From NCBI GenBank assembly GCA_037446835.1, contig JBBIHV010000004.1, positions 832-64,831 on the forward strand: a stretch of DNA of 64,000 nucleotides, given 5' to 3'. Below the pieces are notes generated by a model, which searched no databases, was not told the DNA's origin, and saw nothing but the letters and a program-made list of their open reading frames with translations. Shown piece after piece: positions 57,452 to 64,000 of this stretch. The stretch's first letter is position 1; the number at the start of each line of letters is the position of its first letter. Made by a program: the position numbers and the translations under genes. The stretch is from Sunxiuqinia sp. (GTDB lineage: Bacteria > Bacteroidota > Bacteroidia > Bacteroidales > Prolixibacteraceae).

Positions 57452-59146
57452 TCAATGACCTGCCGGGCCAATTACCTTTAAATGATCGTCGGTTTGATTC
57501 ACAATTACTTTCTTCCACCAATCGGGATAACCGGGCTGATCCGGATCAGGCGTCATGCCTGTTTCGGTGCGCAGAAATACCCCATCTTTCTCTTTCTTGA
57601 TATTTCCATCCATGTATTTTACGATCAGGAAGTGTTCCAGTTTTTTCCACTCGCTGGTCATTCCATTGGCCTGGCTCACCGAATAATCAGTCAGAAAATT
57701 AATTGCCTCCTGTTTTTTGCCTGCATTCCATAAATTCTGGGCAGCCAGATCAACACTTGGCGTGTAGGCAATAAATTTTTCTTCCAGATTTTTCTGCACT
57801 TTCTGAATATCCGGGATCATGGCATCGTAACGCAGGTAAGCAAAGTTTGCAACAACGTTAAAAGTCCAGAAAGCCGAGGTTTCAGAAAACGTAAGCATGT
57901 CGCCGTTTCCCACCCTGAAACATTCAGGAATTTGGTTAATTCCGCAGTACATCGGTGCGTAACAGGTGCTGTAGGTATCGTCAACGCCGAACCAGAGAAT
58001 TCCGCCAATCGGGTTGGGCAACCACGAGCGCGACTGGGCCACAAACGAAAAGCCGGTTTGCTGGGTAGAAGCTGCACGTTCATTGCAATATTCGACCGAA
58101 TCAACTTTGAAGGTGAGCGGACGCCAGCGGTATGGAAGTTTAAATGGGCCGGCACCAATATCTTTGGTCATGTCTAAAACAGTTCCTTCAAAATGATCGC
58201 GCATCAAGCCCATGACATCCTGAACAGTCAGTTTTTTGTCGGGTTTAATCCACAAAGGCATTCGGTTGGAAGCAAATTTGTTTTCTCCGTCGTATTTTAT
58301 GTTTCCTAAAATGTAATTCTCGTATTGTTTCATGTTCGAGTTTACCTTGTTAAAGCCCGACCAAACACGGGCTTCGCAGAAACGTGAACCTTCGAAATTG
58401 ACCGGTGCATATACATCAGAAAAACTGAAATCCTTATTTTTACCATCGAACCAACCTTTTTCGCGGGCAAACGAAATCACATCTTTGGCAAAAAGGCAGT
58501 TTGCCGGGTCGTTCAAGGGGAAAGTGGTAATCCGTGCCTGATTGGCATGACCACTAATGTAGCCGTCGGGAATGCGCTCGGCGACCCAAACAGCGCCTTT
58601 TTCTCCTTCGCCCTTACCAATCATTTCAAATATCCAGGCTTCGTTCGGATCAGAAACTGAAAACGATTCGCCTTCGCTGGCATATCCGTATTTTTCAACC
58701 AGGTCGGTCATCACTTCAATGGCTTCCCGGGCTGTTTTTGCCCGTTGCAGGGCCACGTAAATCAGGCTGCCGTAATCCATAATTGCGCCAGCTTGTTTGA
58801 ACAACACTTCACGCCCGCCATACGTTGTTTCGCCAATGGCCACCTGGTTTTCATTCATATTTCCAACCACACTGAAGGTATGTGCAACCTGAGGTATCCG
58901 GCCCATAAACTTACCGGTATCCCACTCATAAATGTCGCGTGTTGCGCCTTCAGGATAATCTTTTGCAGGTTGATAATACAATTCGCCGTAAAGCGTGTGC
59001 GAATCGGCGGCATAGGTTATCATGGTCGAACCATCAACCGTGGCGCCTTTTGTAATCAAAAAATTGGTACATCCGTAGGAGAACTGTCCGCCCAGGGAAA
59101 CACCCAGGAGTAGTAAAAACGCAATACGTTGAATCTTTTTTATCAT
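57452..59146 (-). CDS. C69-family dipeptidase
   Basis: Signal peptide then CTNFL (N-terminal Cys nucleophile), GNMNENQVAIGETT, HANQARI. Confidence 0.9.
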   Translation of the reverse strand: MIKKIQRIAFLLLLGVSLGGQFSYGCTNFLITKGATVDGSTMITYAADSHTLYGELYYQPAKDYPEGATRDIYEWDTGKFMGRIPQVAHTFSVVGNMNENQVAIGETTYGGREVLFKQAGAIMDYGSLIYVALQRAKTAREAIEVMTDLVEKYGYASEGESFSVSDPNEAWIFEMIGKGEGEKGAVWVAERIPDGYISGHANQARITTFPLNDPANCLFAKDVISFAREKGWFDGKNKDFSFSDVYAPVNFEGSRFCEARVWSGFNKVNSNMKQYENYILGNIKYDGENKFASNRMPLWIKPDKKLTVQDVMGLMRDHFEGTVLDMTKDIGAGPFKLPYRWRPLTFKVDSVEYCNERAASTQQTGFSFVAQSRSWLPNPIGGILWFGVDDTYSTCYAPMYCGINQIPECFRVGNGDMLTFSETSAFWTFNVVANFAYLRYDAMIPDIQKVQKNLEEKFIAYTPSVDLAAQNLWNAGKKQEAINFLTDYSVSQANGMTSEWKKLEHFLIVKYMDGNIKKEKDGVFLRTETGMTPDPDQPGYPDWWKKVIVNQTDDHLKVIGPAGH

Positions 59147-59295
59147 GATCAGTATTAATTTTGAATTTGTACTTTCTACAAATATAAATATTCTCGGGAC
59201 TTAAAATTTTTGGCCCTGAATTAAGCGGCTAAAGAAGCCTGATTTTAAGCAAACGAACCATGAGAAAGCTCAGAAAAAGTATCCAGTTTTCAGTC

Positions 59296-59667
59296 TCAAT
59301 TTTTCAAAATACCGATTGCCACGGAAATCCATCCAAAAACAAAGGCTATCCCGCCAAGTGGTGTAATCGCCCCAATCCATTTGATGCCGGTTAAGGCCAG
59401 CATGTATAAACTTCCGGAGAAAAGGACAATTCCGGCAAAAATAAACAAGCCCGCCCGATTGAGCCATTTCGATTTTAGCTGAAATCCGATCAATCCGATG
59501 AGCAACAAACCGAGTGCATGGTAATACTGGTACTCGACGCCGGTTTTGTAAACCTGCAAAAGGTCGGGCGAAAGCTGAGACTTCAACGCGTGCGCACCAA
59601 AAGCCCCGAACAAAACACCCAAAGCCATAAAAACTGCTCCTGAAAAAAGTATGTTTCGGTGATTCAT
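59296..59667 (-). CDS. DUF423 membrane protein
   Basis: GAFGAHAL, YQYYHALG, FSGSLY, GAITPLGG. Confidence 0.93.
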   Translation of the reverse strand: MNHRNILFSGAVFMALGVLFGAFGAHALKSQLSPDLLQVYKTGVEYQYYHALGLLLIGLIGFQLKSKWLNRAGLFIFAGIVLFSGSLYMLALTGIKWIGAITPLGGIAFVFGWISVAIGILKN

Positions 59668-59723
59668 TTTTTCCTGATTTTTGGAGACAATAACAATTCG
59701 TACAAGCTGAAGTTTTCAGAAAA

Positions 59724-59753
59724 AAAATCCCGAAGAAATTTCTGCGGGATTTT
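59724..59753 (-). terminator. Terminator downstream of DUF1015
   Basis: AAAATCCCG...CGGGATTTT with an A-tract on the left. Confidence 0.7.
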
Positions 59754-59778
59754 AACTTTATAGTTTTAACTGGTAAGA

Positions 59779-61029
59779 TTAATCCAGCTTATGAATCACC
59801 AATCCTGAACGCAATTTGGGTTCGAACCAGGTGGTTTTGGGTGGCATGATGTTGCCCGAATCGGCAATGTTGATCAGTTGCTGCATCGAAACCGGGAAAA
59901 GCGCAAATGCAACTTTCATTTCGCCCGAATCGACGCGATTCTGCAAAGCGCCCAACCCGCGGATTCCGCCCACAAAGTCGATGCGGGTTGAAGTGCGCAA
60001 ATCGGCAATCCCCAAAACCTGATCGAGCACCAGGTTCGATAAAATGGTTACATCCAGCACGCCGATTGGGTCGTTGTCGTTGAACGTTCCCGGTTTTGCG
60101 GTCAGTTTATACCAGTTCCCGGAAAGGTACATGCTGAATTCGTGCAACTTGGCAGGTTTGTAAATTTCGGTACCGGCCAACTCCACTTCGAAATCTTTTT
60201 TTAGTTTTCCAAGTAATTCACCTTCAGTCAAACCATTCAGGTCTTTTACAAGCCGGTTATAATCAATAATTTGCAATTGATTGTCGGGAAAATGAACGGC
60301 CATAAAGAAATTGTATTCTTCGTTGCCGGTATGGTTTGGGTTCTGGCTTTTCTTTTCTATTCCGATGCGGGCAGCCGCTGCTGTGCGGTGGTGTCCGTCG
60401 GCCACATAAGTTGAAGGAACTTTCGTGGCAAAAAGTTCTTCGATTTTCCGATTGACCGCAGTGTCGTTGATGGTCCAGAAATGGTGCCCAAATCCGTCTT
60501 CAGCAACAAAATCATAGTCCGCTTTTTGGTTTTTCACGATCGAGCCAACGATGTCATCTATTTCAGGAACAGCGCGGTACGAGAAGAAAACCGGTTCAAT
60601 ATTGGCATTCAGGTAGCGGGTCAGGATCATGCGGTCTTCCTCCTTATCTGGACGGGTCAACTCATGTTTTTTAATAATTCCCCGGTTGTAATCTTCGCAG
60701 GCGGCGGCGCCCACAATTCCGTATTGCGTGCGGTCGTTCATGGTTTGCGCGTAAATGTAAAATTTAGCCTCTTCATCCTGAACCAGCCAGCCTTCCTCCT
60801 GAAAATTCACGAAATTCTGGACCGATTTCAGGTAAACAGTTTCCGAATGAATGTCAGTTCCTGAGGGGCAATCGATTTCGGCGCGGGTGATGTGAAGCAG
60901 CGAACAGGATTTGCCTTCAGCCATCTGGGCCGCTTCAGCACTGTTCATTACGTCGTAAGGCAAACAGGCCAGGTCGCTGGCAATCGCTTGTGGCGGACGG
61001 AGTCCTTTAAATGGTTTTACAGTAGCCAT
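59779..61029 (-). CDS. DUF1015 family protein
   Basis: PYDV, HELTRPDKE, YVADGHHR, MPPKTTWFEPKLRSGL. Confidence 0.95.
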   Translation of the reverse strand: MATVKPFKGLRPPQAIASDLACLPYDVMNSAEAAQMAEGKSCSLLHITRAEIDCPSGTDIHSETVYLKSVQNFVNFQEEGWLVQDEEAKFYIYAQTMNDRTQYGIVGAAACEDYNRGIIKKHELTRPDKEEDRMILTRYLNANIEPVFFSYRAVPEIDDIVGSIVKNQKADYDFVAEDGFGHHFWTINDTAVNRKIEELFATKVPSTYVADGHHRTAAAARIGIEKKSQNPNHTGNEEYNFFMAVHFPDNQLQIIDYNRLVKDLNGLTEGELLGKLKKDFEVELAGTEIYKPAKLHEFSMYLSGNWYKLTAKPGTFNDNDPIGVLDVTILSNLVLDQVLGIADLRTSTRIDFVGGIRGLGALQNRVDSGEMKVAFALFPVSMQQLINIADSGNIMPPKTTWFEPKLRSGLVIHKLD

Positions 61030-61047
61030 AAAATATTTGTGTTAAGA

Positions 61048-61308
61048 TTATTCGATTTCCTGATTTGATTTCCGAAGTTGATATTTTTTATACCATTTCC
61101 ACGCAAAGCTCCGGATGACGACCTTCCTGCCGGAAGAATTACCGGAAGGCCTTGCCCAAGGGGTAAGCACGACTGCAATTCCGGAAGCAATCAGCGCCCT
61201 AAAAAAACTGTCCTGAATGTACAACACCCAGGTAAACAAGTACATAATGTCGAAAATAGCCAGGAAGGCCATCAGGTTAAAAAATGCGATTCTAAATTTC
61301 AGGCTCAT
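61048..61308 (-). CDS. Small membrane protein of unknown function
   Basis: 86 aa, two hydrophobic segments, basic C-terminus; in operon position. Confidence 0.6.
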   Translation of the reverse strand: MSLKFRIAFFNLMAFLAIFDIMYLFTWVLYIQDSFFRALIASGIAVVLTPWARPSGNSSGRKVVIRSFAWKWYKKYQLRKSNQEIE

Positions 61309-61326
61309 TACAATAAACTATTCAAA

Positions 61327-61905
61327 TTATTCTATATCAATACGATACTTGCTAAGCAACCCGACAATGCCCGGATATGAAAAACGGGCGTTCCTGATCT
61401 GATTCTGATCCGGATCAAAAGAATAATTCAGTGCGGTCCTGAAATCAGTTTTCTGAAGGTTGCAGTTTTGAAACACGGCCTGAAGCAGATTGCAATTATG
61501 AAAACGGGCTTCCGACAGGTCGGCATCTGAAAAATCGACTTCTTTCAGTGAACAATCGGCGAAATTGGTTTTCTTCATTTTCTTCCCTGTGAAGGATGAA
61601 AAATCGAGCAGGCAGTTTTTAAAACCAACCTCGAACATGAAATCAGAACAGCGGTCAAAGTTAATCCCAATCAGTTTACAATGTTCGAAAATTATGGATT
61701 TCAGGCCTGTTGAGGTAAAATTAACCATTGAAAAATTACACTCGACGAACCGGCAATCGAGCAGATTACTGTGCGACAGATCGGTATCGGAGAAATCGCA
61801 ATTGTAAAACGTACAGTGATCATACTCAGTCGGAATGAGCCTTTGCGACGCATAGCATTCTCCTTTAAAATCCTGATCATCAATCCATTTTTCAATCATC
61901 GCCAC
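61327..61905 (-). CDS. Pentapeptide repeat protein
   Basis: Regular five-residue period (CDFSD TDLSH SNLLD CRFVE CNFSM ...). Confidence 0.93.
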   Translation of the reverse strand: MAMIEKWIDDQDFKGECYASQRLIPTEYDHCTFYNCDFSDTDLSHSNLLDCRFVECNFSMVNFTSTGLKSIIFEHCKLIGINFDRCSDFMFEVGFKNCLLDFSSFTGKKMKKTNFADCSLKEVDFSDADLSEARFHNCNLLQAVFQNCNLQKTDFRTALNYSFDPDQNQIRNARFSYPGIVGLLSKYRIDIE

Positions 61906-61917
61906 GCCGTATCTTAT

Positions 61918-62841
61918 TTAATTGTTAACCCTGAAAGTTTGGTCGCCGCGTTCGAGGTAAGCCACAATTTGCTCGGCAGCAGCAATTCCGGCGTTGATGT
62001 TGGCTTCAGCCGTTTCTGCGCCCTGCTTTTTCGGCGTGGCATAATAGCGGGTTCCGTATTTTTCGTCTAATTCGGCATGGCAATCGGGCGCAATATCGGT
62101 CACGTATTTAAAATCAGGCCGCTCATCCAGCATTTTTTTCAAGCCTTCTTCGTCGATTATTTCCTTTCGGGCCGTATTGATGAGCGTTGCACCTTTTGGC
62201 ATTTTATTCATCATTTCGAAGTTGATCAGTTTCCGGGTTCCGGGGTTTGAAGGAATGTGCAAAGTCAGGTAATCGCTGTTTACAAATATTTCGTCAACCG
62301 AGTCGGCAACCACAATATCGTAGGTTGCCATGCCAATTTTCGTGATGCACGGATCGAGTGCAATGACTTTCATGCCAATGCACTGAGCTATTTTTGCAAC
62401 CCGTCGGCCAATGTACCCACAACCATAAATTCCCAATGTTTTCCCTTTCAGTTCGGTCCCGGCCATCCCTTTAAAATTGCCGCGTGCCATAAAAATCATC
62501 AGGCCAATGGTTAATTCGGCCACTGCATTCGAGTTTTGTCCGGGAGTGTTCATGGCCACAATTCCTTTCTCCTTGCAGGCCACGGTATCCACATTATCAA
62601 ATCCTGAACCTGCCCTGACCACTACTTTCAGTTCTTTGGCCGCCTCAACAATTTCGCGGTCAATCACATCACTCCGGATGATGATGGCCTGAACGTCTTT
62701 CACTGCATCCAGGAGATCCGACTTCGAGGTATATTTCTCAAGCAAACGAATTTCGTAGCCTGCCTTTTCAAAAATTCCGGTCATTTGTTTCACCGCCACC
62801 GGGGCAAACGGTTTTTCAGTAGCTATTAATACCCTTTTCAT
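61918..62841 (-). CDS. serA: D-3-phosphoglycerate dehydrogenase
   Basis: RAGSGFDNVD, NTPGQNSNAVAEL, GCGYIG, INTAR; downstream of serC. Confidence 0.93.
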   Translation of the reverse strand: MKRVLIATEKPFAPVAVKQMTGIFEKAGYEIRLLEKYTSKSDLLDAVKDVQAIIIRSDVIDREIVEAAKELKVVVRAGSGFDNVDTVACKEKGIVAMNTPGQNSNAVAELTIGLMIFMARGNFKGMAGTELKGKTLGIYGCGYIGRRVAKIAQCIGMKVIALDPCITKIGMATYDIVVADSVDEIFVNSDYLTLHIPSNPGTRKLINFEMMNKMPKGATLINTARKEIIDEEGLKKMLDERPDFKYVTDIAPDCHAELDEKYGTRYYATPKKQGAETAEANINAGIAAAEQIVAYLERGDQTFRVNN

Positions 62842-62860
62842 AGATTAGTTTTTTGGCAAA

Positions 62861-62894
62861 AAAGAAAAGCAGAACCCCCATTCTGCTTTTCTTT
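62861..62894 (-). terminator. Terminator-like hairpin between serC and serA
   Basis: AAAGAAAAGCAGAA / TTCTGCTTTTCTTT, perfect 14 bp stem with a U-tract on the minus strand. Confidence 0.65.
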
Positions 62895-62899
62895 CCGAT

Positions 62900-63976
62900 T
62901 TATTGAAGTTTCATTTTTTCGAATGCTTTCATGGCATCAACCAAGGCAATGACGCTTTCTTTCGGAAGCGCATTGTAGGTTGAGGCACGGTATCCGCCTA
63001 CCGAGCGATGACCTTCCAATCCCAGCATTCCCAACGATTTGGCATAGGTCAGGAATTCAGGTTCCCATTCTTTGTATTCGTCGTTCATGACGAAACAAAT
63101 ATTCATCAGTGAGCGATCGTTTACATCAGGAATATTTGCCTTGAACAATTTATTGCGGTCGATTTCATCGTACAGGATTCCGGCCTTTTCGATGTTCATT
63201 TTTTCCATCACTTTCACACCGCCCAATTCTTTCAGCCATTTCAAGGTTTGAAGGGCCGCGAAAACCGGAACTACCGGAGGCGTGTTGAACATGGATTCAT
63301 TTTCGATATGCGTGCGATAATTCAGGATTGTGGGAATTTTACGGGAAACTTTACCCAAGGCATCTTCTTTTACAATGACAAAAGTAACTCCGGCCGGGGC
63401 AAGGTTTTTCTGGGCCCCGCCATAAATGATGGCATATTTCGAAACATCGAGCGGACGGCTGAAAATGTCGGATGACATGTCGGCAACCAGGGGCACTTTG
63501 CAATCGATATCGTAACGGATTTCGGTCCCGAAAATCGTATTGTTGGTCGTGATGTGAAAATAATCAACATCTTCAGGAATGGTGTAACCTTTTGGGATAT
63601 GGTTGTAATTGCTTGCTTTTGAAGAAGCTACTTCGATAACTTCACCAAAAACCTTGGCTTCTTTTTGAGCTTTGTCTGCCCAGGTTCCGGTGTTTAAATA
63701 GGCAGCCTTTTTCTCAAGCAGGTTGTAAGGCACCATCATGAACTGCGAACTGGCGCCACCGCCTAAAAACAACACGTGGTACCCTGCAGGAATGTCGAGC
63801 AATTCCTTGAAAAGTTGCTGAGCTTCGTTGTTTACGGCGACGAATTCTTTGCTCCGGTGCGAAATTTCCATCAGGGAAAGTCCGGTTCCGGCAAAATCGA
63901 TCAACGCTTCGGCGGTGTTTTTAATGGTGAATTGCGGTAAAATTGAGGGACCCGCATAAAAATTATGCTTCTTCAT
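62900..63976 (-). CDS. serC: Phosphoserine aminotransferase
   Basis: HNFYAGP, EISHRS, QGGASSQ-like [30 protein letters not shown]. Confidence 0.97.
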   Translation of the reverse strand: MKKHNFYAGPSILPQFTIKNTAEALIDFAGTGLSLMEISHRSKEFVAVNNEAQQLFKELLDIPAGYHVLFLGGGASSQFMMVPYNLLEKKAAYLNTGTWADKAQKEAKVFGEVIEVASSKASNYNHIPKGYTIPEDVDYFHITTNNTIFGTEIRYDIDCKVPLVADMSSDIFSRPLDVSKYAIIYGGAQKNLAPAGVTFVIVKEDALGKVSRKIPTILNYRTHIENESMFNTPPVVPVFAALQTLKWLKELGGVKVMEKMNIEKAGILYDEIDRNKLFKANIPDVNDRSLMNICFVMNDEYKEWEPEFLTYAKSLGMLGLEGHRSVGGYRASTYNALPKESVIALVDAMKAFEKMKLQ

Positions 63977-64000
63977 TTTAAATGGATTATGGGTTAATAA

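Noticed and set aside
1-64000. CRISPR arrays, tRNA/rRNA genes, transposases, integrases, prophage or defence genes
   Set aside because: None recognised by eye in the ORF set or intergenic regions; tRNAscan-SE, CRISPR finders and DefenseFinder would be needed to exclude them formally.

Overview
A 64 kb chromosomal segment from a Bacteroidota bacterium, probably Prolixibacteraceae/Marinilabiliales-like. This is inferred from the TANNTTTG promoter element, a T9SS C-terminal sorting domain, FecI/FecR/TonB signalling and PPi-PFK. About 63 CDSs, mostly housekeeping and metabolic: serC/serA/DUF1015, rplS, uvrA, pfp, araDB-galM, ndh, rsmE, msrA and five peptidases (M48, M13, M24B, S9, C69). No rRNA, tRNA, CRISPR array, transposase or integrase was seen. 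The main observations are: (1) a molybdate locus with a split ModE, where a strong ModE-type operator overlaps the promoter of an operon that starts with a single-domain TrmO/TsaA-like protein and an alginate-export-family porin ahead of modA-TOBE-modB-modC; (2) a structured RNA-like leader ahead of a translationally coupled TM2-DUF2752-DUF4870-M48 protease operon; (3) a 2.2 kb integrase-free insertion carrying a T9SS-secreted PHP phosphoesterase, bounded by a duplicated pepP 3' end; (4) a Met/His-rich lipoprotein beside an ECF-sigma/FecR/TBDR module; (5) a 95 bp multi-hairpin palindromic element; (6) two probable pseudoenzymes (GH43 with Glu->Lys, ArsC with an altered P-loop). Product calls come from recognising motifs in the translations; no database search was run.
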